A DNA stretch of 50,840 bases from a virus (IMGVR_UViG_3300031862_000007:1-50840), one strand, 5' to 3'; shown: positions 38,288 through 46,685, counted from the first letter of the stretch. Notes: generated from the letters alone by a model not told the origin. A program made the numbers and translations.

Positions 38288-38487
38288 AGTTCTCCCAACT
38301 CTATTCCTAAAGAATAACTTATGCTCTTCAATGTTTCAAGCTCAGGATTCTTTGATATCCCATTTTCAAGCCGAGAGATGTGTACTCGACTGCATCCAGC
38401 TACTTTTGCAAGATAAGCTTGGCTCCAGCCCAATTCTCTTCTTTTTTTCTTTATTTTTTTGCCGATGTTGGTTCTTGAATATTTCAT
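38278..38487 (-). CDS. XRE-family HTH regulator (Cro-like)
   Basis: IKKKRRELGWSQAYLAKVAGCSRVHISRLENG. Confidence 0.9.
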   Translation of the reverse strand: MKYSRTNIGKKIKKKRRELGWSQAYLAKVAGCSRVHISRLENGISKNPELETLKSISYSLGIELGELCE

Positions 38488-38495
38488 TTCTACCC

Positions 38496-38587
38496 TTATG
38501 TTATATTATGTTATAACAATTTCATAAAAAGTCAAGTAGTTTTTTTAAATATTTTTCTATTGACACTCAAAAAAATCGTGATAAAAT
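38496..38587. promoter_or_regulatory. Divergent promoter/operator region
   Basis: + strand TTGACA(38560)-N16-TAAAAT with extended TG; - strand TTGACT near 38535; tandem TTATGTTATA repeats and TGTTATAACA palindrome at 38496-38518. Confidence 0.6.
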
Positions 38588-38608
38588 AAAATAGATGAGG
38601 AGGAAAAT

Positions 38609-39298
38609 ATGAGGAAAATAATATTTATTGTCATCCTGATTCTATCTACCTTGTCTTGTGCGACCGTGAGGGAATATCGGGCCAGATACAAACAGGACAT
38701 GAACGCCCGAGACGAAAAACTTTTCGGGACCCATCGTAGTAACTCAACGACTTACTCGCCGCTTAACGATCCTGCGCTCGGCTTGCTCCTCGGTTTGTAT
38801 ATGTTAAGCCCACATCAAGAAACATATGCTTACTCGCCGTACTTTCCGCTTTTCCCATATTATAATTCTTTTTCGAGCCTCCTGGCCTATGAAAGTGAGC
38901 TGCAAGATATCAACGACATGGAGATGTTCAAGCTTGAAATGAATACGCGGCGAATCATGGATGAGCTGAGAAGGGCGCGAGAACGGGAGGCAAGGCAACT
39001 CAGAATGGAAGTAGAGGATCTGACCGATCAATTGAAACGTACGCAAAATCAACTTGACTTTTCTTCTTTAAGTAAATGGCGATCTGAAAAATTGGACTCG
39101 GCCTGGTTGTTTAAGGAAAGTGAATCGAAAAAGCCTGACCTTAGCTTCCTGGATAAGATACCACCCGCCAAAGAAGTCTATGATTTTTCTTTTCTGGATA
39201 ATTGGAAGCCTAAAAAACCCGGGTCCTGGGGTGGAGTTGGGGCCGGTGCAGTAGGCTCTGTCCGATTCTTAGCAATTCCGAAGGTCAGGAAAGACTGA
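38609..39298 (+). CDS. Lipoprotein with ejection-protein-like motifs (candidate superinfection exclusion factor)
   Basis: Lipobox TLSC(17); GAGGAGG RBS; YDFSFLDNWKP motif shared with the 1750-aa protein. Confidence 0.75.
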   Translation: MRKIIFIVILILSTLSCATVREYRARYKQDMNARDEKLFGTHRSNSTTYSPLNDPALGLLLGLYMLSPHQETYAYSPYFPLFPYYNSFSSLLAYESELQDINDMEMFKLEMNTRRIMDELRRAREREARQLRMEVEDLTDQLKRTQNQLDFSSLSKWRSEKLDSAWLFKESESKKPDLSFLDKIPPAKEVYDFSFLDNWKPKKPGSWGGVGAGAVGSVRFLAIPKVRKD

Positions 39299-39475
39299 TC
39301 AGAGGCCCAGTAAAACTTTTTTCCCTCGCCTCCTCTTCAGCCAGGAACTCAGAATCATCGTCAGGAGTTGCGTCAGAGGTAAGCCGTTCTCCTGTGCTAT
39401 TCTGACCAGCTCTTGCTTCATCCACTTCTTATTTTTCGGCAACCGGAATTGAATGTCATGCTTTTCTTTGCTCAT
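39299..39475 (-). CDS. Ribbon-helix-helix (Arc-like) regulator, 58 aa, absent from the ORF track
   Basis: MSKEKHDIQFRLPKNKKWMKQELVRIAQENGLPLTQLLTMILSSWL... Confidence 0.65.
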   Translation of the reverse strand: MSKEKHDIQFRLPKNKKWMKQELVRIAQENGLPLTQLLTMILSSWLKRRRGKKVLLGL

Positions 39476-39707
39476 TTTTTACTTCCTTTTTTAATTTAAC
39501 AAAATAAATTTGAAGCGGCATAGAAAAGTTGGGATGGTGGAAAACGGGGCTGATATGTACTATCTCTCCGAATCTTTTTTCAATGTTTTCTTTTTCACTA
39601 TAAGCAGGCATGATAATTCTATCGGCCAACAGTTTCATGTTTGCTGTCCTACGCATATATTTTACGATTTTAGTATAGTCTAACTCGCCACGAATATTTT
39701 TACTCAT
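39456..39707 (-). CDS. Hypothetical early protein
   Basis: AGGAG RBS; coupled to neighbours. Confidence 0.55.
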   Translation of the reverse strand: MSKNIRGELDYTKIVKYMRRTANMKLLADRIIMPAYSEKENIEKRFGEIVHISPVFHHPNFSMPLQIYFVKLKKEVKNEQRKA

Positions 39708-40090
39708 TTCTGCTCCTTCTTTTTTTGAATAATTTCTTTATATATTGTTATTTTTTCTTCGTTTTTATGCTCTATGAATTCAATCCATCTTTTTAAATAA
39801 CTTAGACATGATTCAGCCTTATAGTTTGAATATCCTAATTGTTCTTTAATTTCTTTTCTGCGAGTTTTAAAGATTATATATTTTAAGGTATCAATAACTC
39901 TTATTCTAATTAGTGGTGTGTTAGCATAGTAAATATCATCTTTTGTAATTCTCTTTTCTGTTTTTAATTTTCTAAGTTGGCTTATGTTATTTGATATTTC
40001 TTTATCAAGGTCTGATCTTAATAATCTTAAAAAACTCAGGAGCAGGTAATGCTGTTTCATAAGTTCATTTACTTTCATCATATTTCGCAT
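39704..40090 (-). CDS. Hypothetical low-GC early protein
   Basis: AGGAG RBS. Confidence 0.6.
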   Translation of the reverse strand: MRNMMKVNELMKQHYLLLSFLRLLRSDLDKEISNNISQLRKLKTEKRITKDDIYYANTPLIRIRVIDTLKYIIFKTRRKEIKEQLGYSNYKAESCLSYLKRWIEFIEHKNEEKITIYKEIIQKKKEQK

Positions 40091-40133
40091 TTCTCCTTTT
40101 ATCTCTCTTTTCCCTGGGCTTACTTTATAATGC

Positions 40134-40460
40134 CTAACTTTTAGGTGGGAAGTAGAAATCTCTCAGCATTTCCAATTCTCTTTTTTTCTCGTTGTTGCTC
40201 ATTATTTTATTGAATTCGTTTTCAAGTTTTTTCCTGGCGTTTCTTTTTGGTAAGGCGATTAACTTTTGATATGTCGCTCCATCAAGTCTATTATAAAACC
40301 ATCTTAGCAACGCAATAATAGTGTCCCAATCTGGCTTTCCCTTTTTGTCCTTCATGACTAAAGCCCAGATTGAGGCAATTTTGTAAACCGGCTTAGTCCC
40401 TGCTCTAAAAGGTCCAAGACTTTTTTCAGTAAGTATCGTTGTCAATTTGCGGTAGTCCAT
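40134..40460 (-). CDS. Hypothetical protein homologous to part of 46714-47661
   Basis: GKPDWDTIIALLRWFYNRLDGATY vs GQPDWTVVKSLLIWFWERFKETTY. Confidence 0.7.
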   Translation of the reverse strand: MDYRKLTTILTEKSLGPFRAGTKPVYKIASIWALVMKDKKGKPDWDTIIALLRWFYNRLDGATYQKLIALPKRNARKKLENEFNKIMSNNEKKRELEMLRDFYFPPKS

Positions 40461-40657
40461 TTTCCCTCCTATCTCTCAATATATTTTAGCTTCAATCCTG
40501 GGAGAGATTGTCGGCCATAGACAATAGCTATCATGCACACTTGACAGCACCGAATCTTGACATCCTTTCTGTGTGCATCCTCAAAGACCACGACCCGCCG
40601 AGCTTTGCCCCGACAACCTTTCCTAAATTGACATCTTTCCAAGTGCGCTCCTCTTGC

Positions 40658-40846
40658 CTAAACCTCAAGGCGACCCTGATCCTCAGCATATTTTATCTCT
40701 CTTATATGCTTGCACTCAATCCGGTGGAAGACCCAGGCCGGACAACTGCAACCCCAAACGCCGGCCCGATCAATCGCCACCGTCCAGGTCCCGTCGCCTT
40801 TTGACTTAGGAATATACCACCTTTTCACCCATCTGTCAGCCATCAA
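40658..40846 (-). CDS. SWIM zinc-finger protein
   Basis: WGCSCPAW...CKH. Confidence 0.8.
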   Translation of the reverse strand: MMADRWVKRWYIPKSKGDGTWTVAIDRAGVWGCSCPAWVFHRIECKHIREIKYAEDQGRLEV

Positions 40847-41084
40847 TAAACCTCCTTACCCAAAATGTTTTCTTAGCCTTTTTTAAAGCTTTGTCTTTTT
40901 GCACCTCGTTCCAAATACTCCGAAGATAGAGAGTCTCAAGCGAGATCTCATAGTGCTTTCTCCTGCGCTTCTCCCAAATCCTGAGCAATCCGGTCTCCGT
41001 TATCTCCACGATAAGCGGAGACCTAAGAAACCGCAGACACTTCCGGTCTATCACCCGCCGGATAGGTTTCTTCAGTATAGTCAT
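40836..41084 (-). CDS. Hypothetical early protein
   Basis: AAGGAGG RBS. Confidence 0.65.
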   Translation of the reverse strand: MTILKKPIRRVIDRKCLRFLRSPLIVEITETGLLRIWEKRRRKHYEISLETLYLRSIWNEVQKDKALKKAKKTFWVRRFIDG

Positions 41085-41273
41085 TGACCTCCTTTTTATT
41101 CTCGAAAAATTAGGCTAATCATCTGATTAAATAAACAGAAATTTAATGAACTAGGAAAAATATAAATTCCCACTATGGCAATCCCCATTATTTCAAAAGT
41201 AAATCCCATGATAATTGATTCGTGTTCAATGGGTTCTTGCCAAGTTTCTATTTTCATTTTTTATTGACCTCCT

Positions 41274-41597
41274 TTAATAATCTTCTGGAAACATGAGAGG
41301 ATAGGCGCTTGTCTCATTGAGGACGACGAAGAAATCCAAGCCGTTGACCTTGACCTTGTAGAACCAATCCGTCCCCTTTTCGCGCTGAATCTTCATCACC
41401 TCAAGCTTCGCGCCGATCGTAGCTTCAGGTTTTTGCCAGAGAATTAGCAGAAAGTTATGGAGAGAATAATTCCTGAACCCACCGCGCCAGCGCTTGACAA
41501 ACTCCGTCAGCTTTTCCGGTGACACAACAAGCGAAGCCTCTAACTCCGCGAGCTTGCCCTGTAATTGAGACCGTCTTTCTTTACTGTCCATGATCAA
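41274..41597 (-). CDS. Truncated ArdC-N-like domain fused to an unrelated C-terminus
   Basis: FRNYSLHNFLLILWQKPEAT, then abrupt change to ...YPLMFPEDY. Confidence 0.55.
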   Translation of the reverse strand: MIMDSKERRSQLQGKLAELEASLVVSPEKLTEFVKRWRGGFRNYSLHNFLLILWQKPEATIGAKLEVMKIQREKGTDWFYKVKVNGLDFFVVLNETSAYPLMFPEDY

Positions 41598-41884
41598 CTC
41601 AGGTAAGCCTCAGAGAGAACGCCGGCAGAGCAAACGAGCGTCAAGACGCGCGAAGAAGGGAAGCCATTTGCACTCAAAACTTGAAAACATGCGACCGAAT
41701 CCGGCCCCAAACGCAGATCAGAATCAATCCAGAGATAATCCGCCCGAAGCACACCCGCAGCGCGAGCCACAGCCGAAACATGAGAGACTCGATTATCTAC
41801 AAGCACAGAGAGAACGCGATTTACGCGCCCAATTGAAAACCCCTTGCCCTCAGGAGATCGAATCCCCTGAACCTCTAACGCCAT
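41594..41884 (-). CDS. First early gene, hypothetical (start MALEV)
   Basis: GGAGGT RBS before the ATG at 41884; downstream of a strong promoter. Confidence 0.55.
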   Translation of the reverse strand: MALEVQGIRSPEGKGFSIGRVNRVLSVLVDNRVSHVSAVARAAGVLRADYLWIDSDLRLGPDSVACFQVLSANGFPSSRVLTLVCSAGVLSEAYLS

Positions 41885-41942
41885 TGACTCACCTCCACAG
41901 AATCTTTTTTGGGGTGACCTTTTGTCTCCCCTGTCCACTTTC

Positions 41943-41970
41943 ATCTTAACACGACTTTCCCGATTGTCAA
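41943..41970 (-). promoter_or_regulatory. Strong early sigma70-like promoter
   Basis: TTGACA, about 16-bp spacer, TGt-TAAGAT. Confidence 0.65.
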
Positions 41971-42406
41971 GACCCCTCCCGAAAAATAATTAAAAAGGAA
42001 TTCGCGCCCCCCGCGCGCGCGCCCGAGTAGCCCCATTAAGATCTAGCTAAGTCTAGTTAAGATTAAGTTAAGATCTAATTAAGATCTAATTAAGATTAAG
42101 ATTAAGTTAAGATTAAGATTAATATAATATAGATTTAGGCTAGACTTAGACTGAATCTAGATTAGGCTTAAACTGGATCTGAATTAGAAGAGGAGTCAGT
42201 TTAGAAAAAAAGGGGGGGGAAACTAGTTAAACCCCCCTTTTTCTGTCCATATTGAGATTATAATTAATACATTTATTGATAAATAAGATTTAATAGGATA
42301 GAGGGACTTGCTAAGAGAGAAGAAGAGATCAATGCCTACTAGAGGAAGATCAGGGGTGATATTAGTGATTATGTCAACTAGAGAGAGGTTATAAGGCAGG
42401 ATTTAT

Positions 42407-42434
42407 GGGTCGTATAATAACTATTATGTCAACT
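42407..42434 (+). other. dif-like site (copy within the repeat)
   Basis: GGGTCGTATAA-TAACTA-TTATGTCAACT. Confidence 0.7.
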
Positions 42435-42543
42435 ACATCCCATTATTAGGAGATTCGAATAAGGGGGGGCATATGGGAACTTTCCGATTGACCCTAGGTC
42501 TATTAGTGCATCACTTGCTGGGTAAATTTTATCTTTTCTCATA

Positions 42544-42813
42544 CTAGGTCTTTTCTTCATTTGCTATAAACCTCCATATTTTCCGCAATATGGTTTCTAC
42601 ATCATATCGTCCGTATTTCTTTCTAAACTTTTCAAGCCCTAATTTTTGTATCTCTTCTGCTGTTTTTCCTATAACATTTGCGAAAAAGGTTTTCTTTTGT
42701 AGCAATGTTTCAAAGGGTTCCTTTCTTCTTTTCGCTTCCTCTTCGAGAAATCTTCTAAGGTGTTGAGGAAGGTCTTCCCAATAAAGAGGCTTGTGTTCTG
42801 ATTTATTTCTCAT
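42544..42813 (-). CDS. Duplicate of 490-759
   Basis: Identical except one residue. Confidence 0.7.
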   Translation of the reverse strand: MRNKSEHKPLYWEDLPQHLRRFLEEEAKRRKEPFETLLQKKTFFANVIGKTAEEIQKLGLEKFRKKYGRYDVETILRKIWRFIANEEKT

Positions 42814-42851
42814 AATGGTTTTTCCATTAAAGCACACTTCTGCCTATCACA

Positions 42852-43103
42852 CTACTGGAATCCATCTACTTTTCTTTGTGGCCAATATTGAAAGGGACAA
42901 TCATCGGGGCAATAATCGGGATCATTGGGAAGTGTTCCTCTTTTGCGAATAGCCCATAGGCCATAAAAATTTATAAATGACCCTTTATTCAAGTGATAGC
43001 CTTTCACTATGGATCTCCTTTCAGAAAAGCTCATTACTGAGCATTGTATGAAGCTCAGATTTGACTCTCTCGATATCCTGATTAACTTTATCATAGACTT
43101 CAT
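42852..43103 (-). CDS. Hypothetical protein or fragment
   Basis: ORF ending YCPDDCPFQ; abuts the IS remnant. Confidence 0.35.
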   Translation of the reverse strand: MKSMIKLIRISRESNLSFIQCSVMSFSERRSIVKGYHLNKGSFINFYGLWAIRKRGTLPNDPDYCPDDCPFQYWPQRKVDGFQ

Positions 43104-43113
43104 GCGGTTTTAG

Positions 43114-43422
43114 GTCTTTAAACCTATTGATATCATAATAGACGAATATGCTCCATATAAGAAACTAGCTTTATTTGCCGATCACAGGACCATTGACCAT
43201 CGGTTTTGGTATGTAAATGGATTTATTCACACAAATACTATTGAAAGTTTTTGGGCCCTTCTAAAACGCGGAATTTATGGACAGTATCATGCAGTAAGCA
43301 AGAGGCACCTAAACAAATACATTGACGAATTTTGTTATCGCCTTAATAATAGAGGCAAGGGTGATATTTTTAATGTGACAAGAAAAAGAGGCTTGGGGGT
43401 CAAACAATGGGCGAAGAAATAA
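43114..43422 (+). pseudogene. IS1595-family (ISXO2-like) transposase C-terminal remnant
   Basis: Startless frame IIDEYAPY...HTNTIESFWALLKRGIYGQYHAVSKRHLNKYIDEFCYRLNNR. Confidence 0.88.
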
Positions 43423-44276
43423 AATCTGCTAATTTTAAAGGAGAACTTAAAATTGGCGATTTAAGAATTCCATGCTATGTTTTAGAAGATTCAACTAGAA
43501 TATTATCGGGGCGCGGTGTTACTGGTTCGATGGGACTGAAAGGACGTGGCCAGGGAATGGCCAGGTTTTTAGCATCAAAATCGCTTATCCCATTTATATC
43601 AAATGAATTAAGGGCGGCCATCGAAAAGCCAATGCTTTTTAAAGTAGGAAAGGGCGGAAAGCCATATTTGGGATATGAGGCTACAATATTGCCAGAAATA
43701 TGTAAAGCTGTCCTAAATGCCGAAGAGGCGCATATGCTGCCCCCACATCAAAAACATATGGCAGCTCAAGCAAAAATATTAATTAAAGCATTAGCTGTAA
43801 CTGGAATTATTGCCCTGGTCGATGAAGCTACGGGATTTCAAGAGGTAAGAGACCGAATAGCCCTACAAAAGATCTTGGATAAATATTTATTAAAAGAATA
43901 TGCGCAATGGGCAAAGCGATTTCCTGACGAATTTTATCAAAGAATGTTTAAATTGAAAGGTTGGCAATGGAAAGGAATGACCATAAATCGTCCAAGCATA
44001 GTAGGTAAATATGCAAACGATATAGTGTATGCTAGATTGGCACCGGGAATAATTGAGGAGCTTAGACGTTTAAATCCACCGGACGAAAAGGGGCAAAGAA
44101 AAGCTAAGCACCATCAATGGTTGACAGAAGACATCGGTCATCCGGCCCTGCAACGACATATTGATATATTACTCACCCTTATGAGAATTGCGCCAAATTG
44201 GGGGTCATTTGAAAGGATGGTTAAACGGGCTTTTCCGAAATCTGGTGAAGACGTCCCTCTTCCTTTAGATGAATAA
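43407..44276 (+). CDS. P63C-domain protein
   Basis: IPCYVLED..RILSGRG, GIIALVDEATGFQ, WAKRFPDEFY, HHQWLT..IGHPAL. Confidence 0.88.
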   Translation: MGEEIKSANFKGELKIGDLRIPCYVLEDSTRILSGRGVTGSMGLKGRGQGMARFLASKSLIPFISNELRAAIEKPMLFKVGKGGKPYLGYEATILPEICKAVLNAEEAHMLPPHQKHMAAQAKILIKALAVTGIIALVDEATGFQEVRDRIALQKILDKYLLKEYAQWAKRFPDEFYQRMFKLKGWQWKGMTINRPSIVGKYANDIVYARLAPGIIEELRRLNPPDEKGQRKAKHHQWLTEDIGHPALQRHIDILLTLMRIAPNWGSFERMVKRAFPKSGEDVPLPLDE

Positions 44277-44283
44277 AAGAACG

Positions 44284-44688
44284 TTAACTATTCATAATCA
44301 TTTCTTTATATTTGACTTCTGAAAGCTTAATTCTTTTGATGCAATTCACAATTTGCCTTATGGTTAGGTCTTTTAATTTTCCTTTACTTGTTAATAATTT
44401 AGAAAAAGAATCCTTAAGAACAGAGGCTGCGTCAAACGGAGCAATATAATATAACTCCAGCCAAGTATTTTTATTGAAAAAATCCGTATCTTTTGGAATA
44501 TAGAACATATGCTTATCGGGCTGACATCCAATTTGAAATATTTTTTTCTCTGGATTTGATGTTGTTTTACAAAATAAATATGGCTCACTATTATTTCTGG
44601 GAACATTTAACAAGACTAAAAGTTTTGGCGCAGATCCCCCATTATCAAATTGAAAATCAGCGTGATAAAAAATTTCTCCCTTTTGCAA
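44284..44688 (-). CDS. Putative toxin, PemK/MazF-like fold
   Basis: KGEIF...FQF..G...KLLVLL...LFCKTTS; downstream of a Panacea antitoxin. Confidence 0.5.
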   Translation of the reverse strand: MQKGEIFYHADFQFDNGGSAPKLLVLLNVPRNNSEPYLFCKTTSNPEKKIFQIGCQPDKHMFYIPKDTDFFNKNTWLELYYIAPFDAASVLKDSFSKLLTSKGKLKDLTIRQIVNCIKRIKLSEVKYKEMIMNS

Positions 44689-44711
44689 GATTCCCCGCCA
44701 TCAAAGAAATA

Positions 44712-45287
44712 TTATGAAAATGTTCTTTTTATCTCTCCTATTTCTTCCATCATTTGAATTGCCTCTTCTTCATCAACCTCGGCCTCGCTGTCAATGGCTA
44801 GCAAAAAATCTATTTTCATATAAATTCCTTTTGTTTTTAAGGTTTTCTCCCAAGGCGAATTTTTTAGATGCGTTACTTCCGACATATCTTCAGCCTTGGC
44901 TTCCTTGTAAATTGTCGCAAGATCATTCAGAATTTCTATCTCGCTTTCCGAAAACGCATCCAAGTTATATTTCTTCTTTGCAATAAATTGAGTGAATATA
45001 TAATCTTCTGTTAATGCATCTTTCACTACGACAATTTCCATGGATTTCTTTATTTCATCGGGAAGATCATCATTTTTTATTTGTTCCCAAAAAATCTTGG
45101 GAACAGGGCCTTTTTTAAACGTGAAATATTCTAGATCTGTAACGGTTCTTCCATATTTTTTAAAATGGGAAAAATCCAAAAAGAAAAGCAATTTAAATAT
45201 TTTTAGAGCAAATGGATATTTTACTTTTGCTTTAAAAAAAAGTATTGCGTTTACTCTCTTTTCTAATTCTTTATTAATGAGTTTCAT
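44712..45287 (-). CDS. Panacea (DUF4065/SocA-like) antitoxin
   Basis: KIFKLLFFLDF.HFKKYGRTVT..Y....GPVP; SEVTH...PW. Confidence 0.85.
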   Translation of the reverse strand: MKLINKELEKRVNAILFFKAKVKYPFALKIFKLLFFLDFSHFKKYGRTVTDLEYFTFKKGPVPKIFWEQIKNDDLPDEIKKSMEIVVVKDALTEDYIFTQFIAKKKYNLDAFSESEIEILNDLATIYKEAKAEDMSEVTHLKNSPWEKTLKTKGIYMKIDFLLAIDSEAEVDEEEAIQMMEEIGEIKRTFS

Positions 45288-45682
45288 GTTGATTTATGGA
45301 TGCCTTTCAAGCTATATACTATTTTTATGGGCTTTTTGTCAAAAATCGACGCTCATACATTAATACGATTATTTAGTCGTTTTTGTTTCCCTTGAATTGA
45401 AACCGTTTAATTCGCTACCTCAAACTGGGACATCCCCTTTCATTTTTCTCCTTTTATCCTCGCATTCGTGTTCCTAAGCCCGTAATGTCCACTGACCGCC
45501 TCCCAATTAGCCTTTTTTGGCGTCCCAGCACAAGCACAGGGCGCATTTTTTGACGGATCTCACTCGTTCCCCTACCACCCTACACCACCCTACGCACAAT
45601 TTCCGTTATAGCCGAGGGGATGGCGCCTGCTATGCCTGGGCCGCAAAAACGGGCTTTTAGGCTTTTCACTTGTTTACTCCGA

Positions 45683-45874
45683 TCAATTCGGCTCTATGAA
45701 GCTGGAGATTCGCTTTTCAAGTTTGCGGATCTCGCGCCGTTGTTTGCGGGTAGCCTGGGCGAGACGAGCGACGGAAGAGCGGGAACGCCGGAGCTCGCGG
45801 ACGATGGTGAAAATCGCAAGACGCAATCTTCGATCTTCAAGTGGACAGCGGACAATATCTTCTTTCATAGCCAC
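45683..45874 (-). CDS. Homolog of 1340-1531 coiled-coil protein
   Basis: MAMKEDIVRCP.ED.RLR...VRELRRSRSSVARL...ISSFIEPN. Confidence 0.8.
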   Translation of the reverse strand: MAMKEDIVRCPLEDRRLRLAIFTIVRELRRSRSSVARLAQATRKQRREIRKLEKRISSFIEPN

Positions 45875-45976
45875 ACTTAAATCGTAGCATGGAATTTTGG
45901 GGAGTCAATAGGGTATGGGTTAAATTATTGACAAGTAAAGACTTTTAGGCGTATTTTAAAATAAGTGTGATGTGGC

Positions 45977-46141
45977 ATGGGCTTAAGGCGGCGATATCGG
46001 GTCTGGCGATTTAAGCGGCGAGTGAGGAAACTCATTAAATTTTTCATGGCTCTCGACAACGCCATGTAGCGTCATCATCCCCGATGGAAGCGGAAGCAGT
46101 TTCGGGGAAATAATAAGGCCAATTATCTTCTGGCACGATGA
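45977..46141 (+). pseudogene. Truncated homolog of 1631-1840
   Basis: MGLRRRYRVWRFKR...LDNAM then in-frame TAG (46067) where copy 1 has AAG; similarity ends near 46105. Confidence 0.8.
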
Positions 46142-46337
46142 CCCATCCCATGCCACCACAGCCATGACAGGTGATTTCTATTATTGTGGCCGTTGACGCA
46201 GGATTATATTTCATATCAGGAATCATTCCTCTTCCCCCACATACAGGACAAATTTGTGCGTGTCCCATTTTATTTTCCCTTTTAATTTGGCTCAACGAAG
46301 GACGAGATTTTCTCTTTCCTCTCAGATAAATCATCAA
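46044..46337 (-). CDS. Small DnaJ-type Zn-finger protein (probable start MGHAQ)
   Basis: CPVCGGRG...CHGCGGMG. Confidence 0.55.
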   Translation of the reverse strand: MMIYLRGKRKSRPSLSQIKRENKMGHAQICPVCGGRGMIPDMKYNPASTATIIEITCHGCGGMGWVIVPEDNWPYYFPETASASIGDDDATWRCREP

Positions 46338-46463
46338 GCCTCTCCATGAATTCTCGCTCTATCTCATAGCTCCTTTTTATGTGCGGTATTACACCTCATC
46401 CATAAAACGCTTGAAATCTTTAAACAAATTTTCAAGTTTTTCTTTTTGGGACTTCATTCTATC

Positions 46464-46685
46464 TCAACTTGGTTCGATAAAGGATGACACTTTTTTCTCG
46501 AGCTCTTTCAGCCTCTTTTTCAATTGACGCAACAGCTTATAAGCCTCGATTTGGGATTTACGTAGCTTTTGGACCTGATTCAGCGTGTGCTTAAAAGCCC
46601 GGCCTATCCTTGTGTGGTCCTCCGGGGTAAGGTTAGAATCAGGTGAGAAACGCCTCGCTGTTGTCCTGGCCTTTTTCTTGTCCAC
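46464..46685 (-). CDS. Coiled-coil protein ending SSFIEPS
   Basis: C-terminus shared with the 1340 and 45683 proteins. Confidence 0.6.
   Translation of the reverse strand: MDKKKARTTARRFSPDSNLTPEDHTRIGRAFKHTLNQVQKLRKSQIEAYKLLRQLKKRLKELEKKVSSFIEPS

Larger units (their letters stand above)
1..42054. mobile_element. Complete unit of a tailed (podovirus-like) phage genome, about 42.05 kb, no recognisable integrase
   Basis: Gene order terminase-portal-scaffold-capsid-adaptor-nozzle-tail-ejection-lysis on +, replication/early genes on -; sequence restarts at 42055 (offset 42054). Confidence 0.9.
42055..42814 (+). repeat. Long direct repeat, copy 2
   Basis: Matches 1-760. Confidence 0.95.

Noticed and set aside
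46067-46069. TAG recoding or alternative genetic code
   Set aside because: It is a single in-frame TAG in a truncated paralog; long genes read normally in the standard code and TAG terminates terL.
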